Of a stretch of 54,872 nt of DNA, positions 32,885 to 42,657 are shown in pieces. The position numbers were made by a program, and so were the translations under genes. The notes below the pieces were generated by a model. That model was not told the origin of the DNA and made no database searches. It saw only the letters and a program-made list of their open reading frames with translations. Within the stretch, counting starts at the first letter, position 1, and each line of letters begins with the position of its first letter. Source of the DNA: Sphingomonadaceae bacterium (GTDB lineage Bacteria > Pseudomonadota > Alphaproteobacteria > Sphingomonadales > Sphingomonadaceae); the NCBI GenBank assembly GCA_947455865.1, contig CANGQZ010000001.1, positions 1 through 54,872 on the forward strand, given 5' to 3'.

Positions 32885-34024
32885 TTAGTGCCCTGCCTGC
32901 GGATCGGGCTGCCCTTCCGGATCGTAGCGCAGCTCGATTGGCACATGGATCTGCGGCAACGCCGCCGGTTCGCCGCGCTTTAGTGCCAGCACGAAGCCAA
33001 GCACCCCTGCAACCGAGGCATAGAGTTCCTCGCGGATCACCTGATTTTCGCGGGTGGTGAAATAGACTGAGCGCGCCAGCGCCGGGTATTCCAGCAACGG
33101 CACCTCCAGTTCGCGCGCCAGTTCGCGCATCGCCAGCGCCTTTTCGCCGCGGCCTTTGGCCAGCACGATCGGTGCCGCCGCGCGCGCCGGATCATAGAGC
33201 AGCGCGACCGAGAAATGGCTGGGGTTGGTGATCACGAACTGCGCTTCGCGCAGCGCCCGCTGCAAGCCGCCCATCGCCAGTTGGCGCTGGCGCTGGCGGA
33301 TCGCCGCTTTTTTCTCGGGGCTGCCTTCGGTTTCCTTGTGCTCGTCGCGCATTTCCTGATGGCTCATTTTGAGCCGCAGGAAGCGGCGGACGAATTGGAT
33401 CGGAAAGTCGATCAGCGCAATCACCACCAGCCCGGCGGTCAGCGCAAACAGCAGCGAGGTCACCGCCTCCCACCCCGCCGCCAACTGGCCAGAGAGCGGC
33501 GCGCGCGCCAGTTCGATCAGCCCGGCCAGATGGCTCCGCGCCCAATAGACCGCGATCACCCCCAGCAGCCCGGCCTTCGCCAAACTCTTGCCCAGTTCGA
33601 TCACGCCTTGCATGCCGAACATCCGTTTCAGCCCGCTCAGCGGGTTGAGGCGTGAGGGCTTGGGGGCCAGGTTCGCCGCCAGCCAGCGGCCTTCGCCGAA
33701 GCCTAATTGCGAAGCCAGCGACGCCGCGCAGACTGCCGCGCCCAGCACCAGCACCGGCGGCAGTACCGCGATCAGGGCGGCGATCATCAGCCGGCCGGGT
33801 GAAAAATCGAAAATCGCGCCCCGGCCGAACGTCAGCGCGCCGGTCAGTTCGGTCACGGTGATCGATAGCATCCACGGTCCCGCCAGCTTGAGCCAGGCAA
33901 CGCCGGCCAGCATCGCCGCTGCCGTCGCCAGCTCGCGGGAACGCAGCACATCGCCTTTGCGGGCGGCGTCCTGTTTGCGCTTGGGAGTTGGAGCAAGGGT
34001 TTTCTCGCCGGCGGTTTCGCTCAT
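32885..34024 (-). CDS. flhB: Flagellar export substrate-specificity switch FlhB
   Basis: GEKTLAPTPKRK, RLNPLSGLKRMF, LKMSHQEMRDEHKETEGSPE, ITNPSHF autocleavage site. Confidence 0.93.
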   Translation of the reverse strand: MSETAGEKTLAPTPKRKQDAARKGDVLRSRELATAAAMLAGVAWLKLAGPWMLSITVTELTGALTFGRGAIFDFSPGRLMIAALIAVLPPVLVLGAAVCAASLASQLGFGEGRWLAANLAPKPSRLNPLSGLKRMFGMQGVIELGKSLAKAGLLGVIAVYWARSHLAGLIELARAPLSGQLAAGWEAVTSLLFALTAGLVVIALIDFPIQFVRRFLRLKMSHQEMRDEHKETEGSPEKKAAIRQRQRQLAMGGLQRALREAQFVITNPSHFSVALLYDPARAAAPIVLAKGRGEKALAMRELARELEVPLLEYPALARSVYFTTRENQVIREELYASVAGVLGFVLALKRGEPAALPQIHVPIELRYDPEGQPDPQAGH

Positions 34025-34977
34025 CGGGCAGGCATTCCGGATGGCGAAATCACGCTCTCGGCCCGGTGCAGGCCGTCGGCGGCAACGTCGGCCACCCGTC
34101 CGACCAGTCCTTCACCGGTGCGGGTTACCGCGCGCGATCGGGGCAGCGGGGCATAACCCGGCTCGGGCAATGGCACATGTGCCTCGGTCGGTGGCTCAAG
34201 CTGGGCGGGACTTTCTGATACGGTCGACCGCGAAGCGGCAGTAGCGATTTGCAGCCGTTTGGCTTGCTTTGGTCCGGCCTCGGCCTGTGCAGTCATGCGG
34301 TCCAGCGCCGGCTCTGGCGGTATAGCGGCGATGGCCGACACAATCTGGTCGACCAAGGCCGGAACGTCTGCGGGCGCAGTGGCGATAGGTTTTGCGCGGA
34401 TGGAAGGGCTGGTAGCCCGGCGACCCTTGCGCGACGGCTGCGCGGCCCCTGGACTTCTGCGGCGGACTGACTTCTCAGGTCCGGCGTTTTTTGGCGACGC
34501 GGTGCGGGCACGAGAGGTGGGCGGTCGGTCGGCTTGGACAGCGTGATCAGGTGCATTCTGGACTTCGGGCGGATCGGCCAGCCGCGTCGATGTGGTTTTG
34601 CGTCGGCGCGGCGGTGGCGGCTTTGCCCCGGCGGCCTTTTGCGCCTTGCGCTTGGGCCGGGGGGCAGCCTTCGCGGCCCGGCGCCGTGCCGCGCGATCGG
34701 GCAAGGGCTCGGGCACAGAATCCGGTGCGGGCGGGGCCAGCGTCATCCCGGGCAAGGCGGGGCGCGCAGTGGTCGCAGCGAGCGAACGCTGGATCAACAG
34801 CGCTTCGGCGGGCAGCGGCGCCGAGGGGCCGAGCAGGAATGGCGCAGGAGCTGGCTTCGCGGGAAGTTTAGGCGTTGGCGGAACTGACGACTTGCCAGCT
34901 GCGTGACGGCGTTCGAACACGGCATCGGCGGCGGTGCCGCGCTTGTTGCCTGCCATCCGGTTGCGCACGTTGTGCAT
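34021..34977 (-). CDS. Pro/Ala/Arg-rich, probably disordered hypothetical protein
   Basis: Long low-complexity ORF; stop overlaps the flhB ATG (ATGA). Confidence 0.45.
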   Translation of the reverse strand: MHNVRNRMAGNKRGTAADAVFERRHAAGKSSVPPTPKLPAKPAPAPFLLGPSAPLPAEALLIQRSLAATTARPALPGMTLAPPAPDSVPEPLPDRAARRRAAKAAPRPKRKAQKAAGAKPPPPRRRKTTSTRLADPPEVQNAPDHAVQADRPPTSRARTASPKNAGPEKSVRRRSPGAAQPSRKGRRATSPSIRAKPIATAPADVPALVDQIVSAIAAIPPEPALDRMTAQAEAGPKQAKRLQIATAASRSTVSESPAQLEPPTEAHVPLPEPGYAPLPRSRAVTRTGEGLVGRVADVAADGLHRAESVISPSGMPAR

Positions 34978-35192
34978 CGGTATCGTTCCCCCAACAGGGT
35001 GAAACCGCACTGGAAGGTGTCATGTCGAATGAATGACACAAAGCAGAATCGCATCCGGCCCGGAAGGAATGGCTCACGATTGTCCTCAAGGAAATTTGGC
35101 TGGATTGCCCGGGCAAGTGTCGTATCGGTGCGTATTGCGGGGCTCGCAGCCGATCATTGAAGATCGGCGCGATAATACCGGAAGGGGGATCG

Positions 35193-36401
35193 ATGTCGTT
35201 GCGAACAGATTATGCCGGACTCAGCGGCGCGCAACGCAGGGTGATCTGGGCGAGCTATCTGGGCTGGACGCTTGATGCGTTCGATTTTTTCCTGCTCGTG
35301 TTCATGTTGAAGGCGATCAGCTCCAGCTTCGATGTCAAAGTCAGTGAGGTCTCCGCGGCACTGTTCCTTACACTCGCGGCGCGGCCGCTCGGGGCCTTGG
35401 TGTTCGGCTGGCTGGGTGACCGGTTTGGCCGCCGCCCGGTGCTGATGGCGGTGATCCTCGCCTTTTCGTTGTTTTCAGCCCTTTCGGGCTTCGCCCGCAA
35501 TCTCGGCGAGCTGCTGTTCATTCGGGCCCTGTTCGGCTTTGCGATGGGCGGCGAATGGGGGCTGGGTGCCAGCCTTGCCATGGAGTCAATTCCGGCACGG
35601 ATGCGCGGGCCGGTTTCAGGCCTGCTTCAGTCTGGCTACCCTAGCGGATTCCTCCTAGCCAGTCTGGCTTACTTTCTGTTATTCGATGCGCTTGGCTGGC
35701 GGATGATGTTCCTCCTCGGGCTCGTCCCGGCGCTGTTGGTGCTGTTTATCCGGATGAGGGTGGAAGAAAGCCCGATTTTCCTCGCGCACCAGCATGAGTC
35801 CAAAATCATTCCGCTCGTGGCAATTGCGCAGCATTGGCAACTGGCGCTCTACCTCATCGTGCTGATGACCGCGTTTACGCTGTTCAGCCATGGTACGCAG
35901 GATCTCTATCCGACCTTCCTGCAAAAACAGCATGGCTTTACCACGCAGATGACCGGTGCCGTGACCGTGTTCATGAACATCGGCGCGATCAGCGGGGCTT
36001 CGCTGTTCGGTTCGCTGTCAGAGCGACTGGGCCGGCGCCGCGCGATCATGTGCGCGGCATTACTGGCTGTGCCGGTGCTGCCGGTCTGGGCATTTTCGCA
36101 CAGTGTGGTGGCGCTGGCACTGGGCGCGTTTGCCATGCAGTTCGCGGTGCAGGGGGCGTGGGGCATGGTTCCCGCCTATCTCAACGAGCTTTCGCCGCCG
36201 GCCATTCGCGCCACGTTTCCCGGGTTGGTCTATCAACTGGGTAACCTGCTGTCGTCCGCGTGCGGCCCGTTTCAGGCGGGGCTCGCCGAACAGCGCGGCG
36301 ATGATTACGCTTTCGCGCTCGCGCTGGTGGCCGGCATAGCCATTGCCGTCCTGGTTATTTGGACAGCGTTTGGTCCGGAACGGAATCAAGAGTTCGAGTA
36401 A
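35193..36401 (+). CDS. MFS transporter (SHS/NanT/Jen carboxylate-type)
   Basis: GWTLDAFDFF, GDRFGRR, MGGEWG, SHGTQDLYPTFL, YQLGNL. Confidence 0.9.
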   Translation: MSLRTDYAGLSGAQRRVIWASYLGWTLDAFDFFLLVFMLKAISSSFDVKVSEVSAALFLTLAARPLGALVFGWLGDRFGRRPVLMAVILAFSLFSALSGFARNLGELLFIRALFGFAMGGEWGLGASLAMESIPARMRGPVSGLLQSGYPSGFLLASLAYFLLFDALGWRMMFLLGLVPALLVLFIRMRVEESPIFLAHQHESKIIPLVAIAQHWQLALYLIVLMTAFTLFSHGTQDLYPTFLQKQHGFTTQMTGAVTVFMNIGAISGASLFGSLSERLGRRRAIMCAALLAVPVLPVWAFSHSVVALALGAFAMQFAVQGAWGMVPAYLNELSPPAIRATFPGLVYQLGNLLSSACGPFQAGLAEQRGDDYAFALALVAGIAIAVLVIWTAFGPERNQEFE

Positions 36402-36433
36402 CCTGCCCACCGGTAGTAAGGGCCCGAATCGCT

Positions 36434-37804
36434 ATGCCCAAATCCAGAACTCGCCGGCCCACCCAGGGCCCCCAACCCGCCAAGCCTTCCAAATCCGCGC
36501 GGCCGGTTCTGCCGATTCGGCCGGAAACGCCCGCGCAGCCTGACCAGCCCGTGCAGTGGGACCCTTCGGTGCCAACCGTGCTGTTCATCCACAACGGCGC
36601 GCCGGGCCGCTTTACCCACATCGCCAAGGCGCTCCTTGCTCACGGCTGGTGCGGGGCGCTGATCAACGGGCCCACCGGCACCGATATCGAGGGGCTCGAC
36701 AATCGCCGGTTCGCTTTCCGGCTGCCCGAAGTCCGCCCCTCGTTTCGTCCGGTTCAGCGGGTCGAGCAGGCCTTGCTGATGGGGCGCGGCGCGGCGCAGG
36801 CAGCCGAAAAGCTGAAGGCTGAAGGGTTCGCGCCCGATCTGATAATCGGTCATCCCGGCTGGGGCGAAATGCTTTACCTCAACGAAGTGTTTCGCGGCGT
36901 GCCGCAGATTCAGTTGGGCGAATATTACTACCACTCGGAAGGCGCGGATTCGAACTTCGATCCCGAGTTTCCGGCGCGCCAACTCGATAGCCGGATCATG
37001 GTCGTCGCGCAGAACGCGCATTTCGCGCTCAGTTACGTCGAGGCGCGCGCGATCGTGGTGCCGACCCCGTTTCAGGCCAGCCGCATCCCGGCGTGCTTCC
37101 AGACCAAAGTGCAGGTGATCCTCGAAGGGATCGAAACCGGCACGATCGCGCGCACCCCGCCCGAAGCCCTAAAGCTGGCCGATGGCACCACCTTCGATGG
37201 CAGTTTCCCTTTCATCAGCTTCGCCAACCGGCGGTTCGAGCCGCTGCGCGGGGCGCACGTCTTCATGCGGATGCTGCCGCGCTTTCAGGAACTCGCGCCG
37301 ACTGCGCATGTCCTGATGATCGGCGCCGACGATCCGGGGACATATGGCTTGCCGCCGCCGGGCGGGGGCACCTGGCTGCAGACATTGCTCAAGGAACTGG
37401 ATGGCAAGCTCGACATGAGCCGTATCCACATCCTCCCGCCGCTGCCGCACCAGCAATTGCACCGGGTGTTCTCGAATACCGCCGCGCATGTCTATCTGAC
37501 ATATCCGTTCGTGCTGTCATGGTCGCTGCTCGAAGCGATGGCGTGCGAGGCGGTCGTGGTAGGTTCGGACACAGCGCCGGTGCGCGATGCGATCCGGCAC
37601 GGCGAGAATGGCCTGCTGGTCGATTTCTTCGATGGCGAGGTGATGGCCCGTCAGCTTGCCGAAGTGTGCCAAGAACCTGCGCGGTTTGAACATTTACGTG
37701 CACCGGCCCGGGCCACAGTGATTGAGTATTATGACCGGGCGACGATCTGCGATCCGGCATGGATGAAGCTGATCGGCGAAGTATCGGGGATAGCGGTCGA
37801 CTAA
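36434..37804 (+). CDS. GT4 family glycosyltransferase
   Basis: PDLIIGHPGWGE, EPLRG, HVYLTYPFVLSWSLLEAMAC. Confidence 0.88.
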   Translation: MPKSRTRRPTQGPQPAKPSKSARPVLPIRPETPAQPDQPVQWDPSVPTVLFIHNGAPGRFTHIAKALLAHGWCGALINGPTGTDIEGLDNRRFAFRLPEVRPSFRPVQRVEQALLMGRGAAQAAEKLKAEGFAPDLIIGHPGWGEMLYLNEVFRGVPQIQLGEYYYHSEGADSNFDPEFPARQLDSRIMVVAQNAHFALSYVEARAIVVPTPFQASRIPACFQTKVQVILEGIETGTIARTPPEALKLADGTTFDGSFPFISFANRRFEPLRGAHVFMRMLPRFQELAPTAHVLMIGADDPGTYGLPPPGGGTWLQTLLKELDGKLDMSRIHILPPLPHQQLHRVFSNTAAHVYLTYPFVLSWSLLEAMACEAVVVGSDTAPVRDAIRHGENGLLVDFFDGEVMARQLAEVCQEPARFEHLRAPARATVIEYYDRATICDPAWMKLIGEVSGIAVD

Positions 37805-37912
37805 ACCCGCCGCCGACGGTCGGGTCCGCACCCCGCTGTCAGTACGGAAAACGAACTCCAGCGATGCAGTGCCGGTCCGATGCGCGCCCGCGACACCGTA
37901 TGACGCCATGCT

Positions 37913-37960
37913 AATGCGAATGAATCGCAAAAATTATTGCAAATGCGAAATGTTCGCAAT
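37913..37960. promoter_or_regulatory. Two 19-bp Fur-box-like inverted repeats
   Basis: AATGCGAATGAATCGCAAA (37913-37931) and AATGCGAAATGTTCGCAAT (37942-37960), both TGCGA-N5-TCGCA. Confidence 0.55.
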
Positions 37961-38029
37961 AATGACGCCCTGTCCGCAACAGGGAGTAAGTCGTGCCTTT
38001 ACCGTCAACGCGTTCGTCCGCCGGTCTGT

Positions 38030-38883
38030 CCAGTGCCGCGCTACACCAGCTTCCCCACTGCGGCGGAGTTTACTCCCGAGGTGGGCGCGGCCGAGCTTGA
38101 TCGGGGCCTGCGGCAGGCCAGTGGCGATGTTTCGCTCTACCTCCACATCCCGTTCTGCGCGGAAATCTGCTGGTACTGCGGTTGCAACACCAGCCGCACC
38201 AACAAGGGCGAGCGGCTGAGCAGCTATCTCGATGCGCTCAGCCGAGAGATTGCGCTGGTCGGTGCGCGGCTGGATCCGGGCGTGCGGGTGCGGCGGATCG
38301 CGTTCGGCGGTGGCAGCCCCAACGCGCTCGCCCCGCTCGATTTCGTTCGGCTGGTCGATACGCTGACTCTGCAGCTGCCGCTGTACCAGCCGGTGCTGTC
38401 GGTCGAACTCGATCCCCGCACGCTCACAGCGGACTGGGGCACGGTGATCCGCTGCATCGGCATCACCCGCGCCAGCTTGGGCGTGCAAACGTTCGCGCCC
38501 CACCTGCAGGCTGCGATTGGCCGGGTCCAGCCCGAGGCCCTGATCGCGGCCGGCACGCAATTGCTGCGCGCCGCCGGGGTCACCGGATGATGCTCTCGCA
38601 GGAGCGCCTGACCGGCGCCTGCGGCGTGCTGCGCAGCGCCGCTGACCGCGAAACCGGCGCGATCATCGAGCAGTTGCTATGCCACCATCAGGCATCCGTG
38701 GGCGAGGACCGGCTGCGGCGGATGCTGCCCGATCTGACCCCGTTCGGGGAGCGCGGGTTGATCGAGATGATCGGCGAGCGCCTGCGCATCCTGCCCGATG
38801 GCCTGCCCTATGCGCGGAGCATCGCGGCGGTGTTCGATCCCTATCGCGCCGGATCGCCGCAGCGGTTCAGCACTGCGGTATAG
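38030..38883 (+). pseudogene. hemN: Oxygen-independent coproporphyrinogen III oxidase with missing N-terminus and large internal deletion
   Basis: PVPRYTSFPTA, YLHIPFCAEICWYCGC radical-SAM motif; frame ends at AAGVTG*, and the HemN C-terminus (YARSIAAVFDPY..RFSTAV) continues in another frame from about 38585. Confidence 0.85.
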
Positions 38884-38889
38884 GCCGCT

Positions 38890-40002
38890 TCAGTACAGCT
38901 CGTTCATCGTCTCGCGCGAATAGGGCAGCAACTCATCGACTGCGCCGGCTTGCACCTTGCGCAACCAGTTGGGATCGGCCAGCAAGGCACGGCCCACAGC
39001 GACCAGATCGAAGTCCCCCCGATCGAACCGCCGCGCCATTTCGTCCAGCGATTGCAGCGTCGGGCGCGATTGACCGGCGACGAAGTCTTCCATCAGTTCG
39101 CGGTCGAGCCCCACCGAGCCGACAGTGATGGTCGGCCGCCCGGTGATCTTCTTGGCCCATCCGGCCAGGTTGTAATCACCGTCATCGGGGAAGGCCGGCT
39201 CCCAGAAGCGCCGGTCGGAACAGTGGAAGATATCCACTCCCGCAGCGGCCAGCGGCGCCAGCCAGCGCTCCATCTCCTGTGGGTTGCGCGCGATCTTCGC
39301 GTCATATTGATAGACCTTCCACTGCGAGATGCGGAAGACGATCGCGTAATCGGGGCCGACCGCCGCGCGGATGGCGGCGACCACTTCGGCGGCGAAGCGG
39401 ACGCGTTGGGCAATGTCCGGGCCGCCATAGGCATCGGTGCGCTGGTTGGTCACTTCCCAGAAGAACTGATCGAACAGATAGCCATGCGCCCCGTGAAGCT
39501 CGATCGCATCGAAGCCGAGGCGCTGTGCATCGAGTGCGGCACGCACGAAAGAGGCAATGACCGCCTCGATGTCCGCCACCGTCATCGGCTTGCCGCCCTC
39601 AACCCCCGGCCCGACCAGACCGGACGGGCTTTCCAGCGGCGGATGGGGCGAATCGGGATAGTTGAAATCGGCACAGCCGCCGACGTGCCACAACTGCGGG
39701 ATGACCGCGCCGCCGGCGCCGTGGACCTGATCAGCCAGGCGCGCCCACGCGGCGAGGCCTTCTTCGCCACAGAAGCCCGGGATCGTATCAGCGGCCACTG
39801 CGCCGGGGCGATCAATCGCCACGCCCTCTGTGATCACACAGCCCGCGCCGCCTTCGATCCGGCGGCGATAGTAATCGGCCACGGCATCGGTGACGATCCC
39901 GCCCGGCGAGAAATAGCGCGACATCGGTGCCATCATGAAGCGGTTGGTCAGCTTGAGCGATTTGCATTCGAACGGGACGAACAGGGGATCGAGTGCGGTC
40001 AT
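38890..40002 (-). CDS. NADH:flavin oxidoreductase (Old Yellow Enzyme family)
   Basis: MMAPMSR, PQLWHVG, ELHGAHGYLFDQF, VGRALLADP. Confidence 0.92.
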   Translation of the reverse strand: MTALDPLFVPFECKSLKLTNRFMMAPMSRYFSPGGIVTDAVADYYRRRIEGGAGCVITEGVAIDRPGAVAADTIPGFCGEEGLAAWARLADQVHGAGGAVIPQLWHVGGCADFNYPDSPHPPLESPSGLVGPGVEGGKPMTVADIEAVIASFVRAALDAQRLGFDAIELHGAHGYLFDQFFWEVTNQRTDAYGGPDIAQRVRFAAEVVAAIRAAVGPDYAIVFRISQWKVYQYDAKIARNPQEMERWLAPLAAAGVDIFHCSDRRFWEPAFPDDGDYNLAGWAKKITGRPTITVGSVGLDRELMEDFVAGQSRPTLQSLDEMARRFDRGDFDLVAVGRALLADPNWLRKVQAGAVDELLPYSRETMNELY

Positions 40003-40043
40003 GGCGGTGCTTGGTCCTGTGCTGGACGGAGTTAAGGTGAGGA

Positions 40044-40847
40044 TCAGAGCTGTGCGAGAAAATCGCGGAGCGCGGCCTGATAGGCCGGTGCATCTTCGAG
40101 GAAGGGGGCGTGGCCACACCCTTCGAAGACCACCGCAGTGCCATCTCGGGCATACTTTGCGGCCTCGATCCCCACTTGCGGATCAAGCACCGCGTCAGCG
40201 CTGCCTACCAGCGAGAGCACCGGTACGGCCAGCGCACCAAGCAGCGCACGCTGGTCAAGCTCGGCCAGATCGAGCAGCGAGCGGATCACCCCCGGCCCGC
40301 TGTTAATGAAGGCGTCCCACATCCAGTCCACCGTGGCAGGGCTGACCTCGCGCACGCAGACCATTCCGGCGAGCGCGCGGAAGAAACCGGCCCGGTCTGC
40401 CGCCAGCGCGGCCGCGCTGGCGGCAAGGCCTTCGGCGGTGCCGCCCCACGGGAAATCTTCGGTCTGCGTGAACCGCGGCGATGCGCCGCACGTTAGCACC
40501 AGCCCTGCCGCGCGGTCGCCCAGCAGGCGAGCCGCCTCGGCCGCAACCGCGCCGCCCAGCGACCAGCCGTTGAGCACAGCCGGGCGCGTCGCTGCGGCGC
40601 GGACGATGGCGGCAACGTCTGCGCCAAGCGCTGAAATCGAGAAATCTGCAAAGTCGCGGTCGGACTGACCACAGCCGCGCAGATCGACCGCGATCACCTC
40701 GTGGCCGTCGGCCAGCAGCGCCTCGATCGTGCCGGCCCAGATCCGACTCGACATCGCCCAGCCGTGGATCAGCACCACCGGTGTGCCGGCACCGGGATGG
40801 TGTTCGTAATAAAGCGTGCGGCCTTCGCCGCAATCGAACCGCGCCAT
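40044..40847 (-). CDS. Ser-type alpha/beta hydrolase (non-haem haloperoxidase/esterase/lactonase-like)
   Basis: LIHGW, DLRGCGQS, GWSLGG nucleophile elbow, GHAPFLE. Confidence 0.88.
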   Translation of the reverse strand: MARFDCGEGRTLYYEHHPGAGTPVVLIHGWAMSSRIWAGTIEALLADGHEVIAVDLRGCGQSDRDFADFSISALGADVAAIVRAAATRPAVLNGWSLGGAVAAEAARLLGDRAAGLVLTCGASPRFTQTEDFPWGGTAEGLAASAAALAADRAGFFRALAGMVCVREVSPATVDWMWDAFINSGPGVIRSLLDLAELDQRALLGALAVPVLSLVGSADAVLDPQVGIEAAKYARDGTAVVFEGCGHAPFLEDAPAYQAALRDFLAQL

Positions 40848-40872
40848 CCGCCTCTCCCTGTGTTCGCCCGCT

Positions 40873-41334
40873 TTATAGCGGCGGGCTGAGCGTGATCCCG
40901 ACTAGCGGGCTGAAGTGATGCATCGTGACCTTGCGCACGGCGATTTTCCACTCACCGCTGCGCCGTTCGAAGCGATCGGTATAGGTCGCCGCCACGGTCT
41001 GCGACTGGCCGTCGCTGGTGTTGCCGATACAATAGACATCGGACACCCCGTGCGCCATATCCGGCCCTTCGGAAGCAACGCGCAAGTTGGTGTTGTAATG
41101 GGTCGACATTGCCCATGCCGGCCACAGGATGGTTTCCAGCGCGGCAGAAATCCCGTCGCGGCCGACGAAGTTGCCGAACGGCGGGCCAACTTCCCACACC
41201 GCATCGTCCCACCAGATACCCATGAAGCGATCGTAGTCGCGCTTGTCGAAGCCGAGGCAATAGTCGCTGGTCAGGTCGATCAGGGCGAAACGGGTTTCAA
41301 GCCAATCGAGACGTTGTTCGGGGGTCATGCTCAT
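40873..41334 (-). CDS. NTF2/SnoaL-fold protein, LinA (gamma-HCH dehydrochlorinase)-like
   Basis: 153 aa; DKR, IWWDDAxW, LWP, HYxTNLR, ERRxGxWK, FxPLxGI..PP shared with LinA as recalled; ATGA-coupled to the upstream ACAD. Confidence 0.8.
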   Translation of the reverse strand: MSMTPEQRLDWLETRFALIDLTSDYCLGFDKRDYDRFMGIWWDDAVWEVGPPFGNFVGRDGISAALETILWPAWAMSTHYNTNLRVASEGPDMAHGVSDVYCIGNTSDGQSQTVAATYTDRFERRSGEWKIAVRKVTMHHFSPLVGITLSPPL

Positions 41335-42638
41335 GCGGCAGGCTCCTGTCCGAGGTATTGGGCAAACTTCTTTTCTGCCTCGGCACGGCGGGTCGGGACG
41401 AAATAGGTCGGGAACACATCGGGCGAGGGCGCGACATTGCGCAGCACGTCCTTGGCGACGCCGACCTTGTGTACCTCGGTCGGGCCATCGACGATGCCCA
41501 TTTCCGGCACGTATTGCCACATGTCCATCAGCGGGGTCTCGTTCGACATGCCGAGCGAGCCGTGAATGTGCAGCGCGCGGTAGACCACGTCCTTGAGCAC
41601 ACCGGGCATCGCCGCCTTGACCGCCGAAATCTCGCGGCGGACGCGGCGGGTATAGGCCTTGTCCTCATCCAGCAGCCACGCGGCATAGAGCACGTGGAGG
41701 CGGAACTGGGTGATCTGGGTGTAGCTGTCAGCGATCCTTTCCTGGACCATCTGCTTATCGGCCAGACGCTCGCCCTTGGTCACGCGCGAGACCGCACGCT
41801 CGCACATCATGTCGAACGCCTTGTTGAGCATGCCGACGGTGCGCATCGCGTGATGGATGCGGCCGCCGCCGAGTCGCGACTGGGCGACCTTGAAGCCCTC
41901 GCCGATCACGCCGAGCGCGTTTTCAAGCGGCACCCGGCAATCTTCGAAGCGGAGATAGCCGTGAACCCCACTGCCGATCACGTCCTTCGGGCCAACCGCA
42001 GTGTTGCGGATGATGTTGAGCCCGGGCGTATCGCGCGGCACGATTATCGTGGTCGAGCCTTCGTGCACCGCCACATCGGGATCGGTGATGCACATCACGA
42101 TCAGGAATTCAGCCATGTCGGCATGGCTGGCGAACCACTTTTCGCCATTGATCACGAAGTTTCCGCCCTCAATCCGGGCGGCGCAGGTGAACTCGCCTGG
42201 ATCGGCGCCGGCCTGCGGTTCGGTCATCGAGAAGCACGAGACAATCTCGCCATCGAGCAAGGGCTTCAGATAGCGCGCCTTCTGAGCGTCGGTGCCGAAG
42301 CGGGCGAGGATTTCGGCATTGCCGGTGTCGGGCGCCTGCGTGCCGAACACGGTCGGGGCAAACCGGCTGCGCCCGAGGATCTCGTTCATCAGGCCAAGGT
42401 GGAGCTGGCCGTAGCCTTGCCCGCCCAGTTCCGGGCCGAGGTGGCAGGCCCACAGGCCCTTGGCCTGCACGATCTGTTGCAGCGGGCGCATCACCTTGCG
42501 CGCAGGCGAGCGCGGATCGAACGGAGCGCCCGGATCGCGGAACACCAGGTCCATCGGCTCGATCTCGGCGGCGACAAATTCGCGCATCCAGTCAAGCTTC
42601 TCCTGAAATTCAGGCTCGGTCGAAAAATTCCATACCAT
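41331..42638 (-). CDS. Acyl-CoA dehydrogenase, ACAD10/11 / LvaC-type
   Basis: GLWACHL, QAPDTGNAEIL, FSMTEP, NGEKWF, AQSRLGGGRIHHAMR, DGPTEVH. Confidence 0.9.
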   Translation of the reverse strand: MVWNFSTEPEFQEKLDWMREFVAAEIEPMDLVFRDPGAPFDPRSPARKVMRPLQQIVQAKGLWACHLGPELGGQGYGQLHLGLMNEILGRSRFAPTVFGTQAPDTGNAEILARFGTDAQKARYLKPLLDGEIVSCFSMTEPQAGADPGEFTCAARIEGGNFVINGEKWFASHADMAEFLIVMCITDPDVAVHEGSTTIIVPRDTPGLNIIRNTAVGPKDVIGSGVHGYLRFEDCRVPLENALGVIGEGFKVAQSRLGGGRIHHAMRTVGMLNKAFDMMCERAVSRVTKGERLADKQMVQERIADSYTQITQFRLHVLYAAWLLDEDKAYTRRVRREISAVKAAMPGVLKDVVYRALHIHGSLGMSNETPLMDMWQYVPEMGIVDGPTEVHKVGVAKDVLRNVAPSPDVFPTYFVPTRRAEAEKKFAQYLGQEPAA

Positions 42639-42657
42639 CAAATATGCTCCACGATCT

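Noticed and set aside
40044-40847. Alpha/beta hydrolase next to the LinA-like gene as a LinB haloalkane dehalogenase
   Set aside because: The nucleophile elbow is GWSLG (Ser), not the HDWG Asp motif of LinB.
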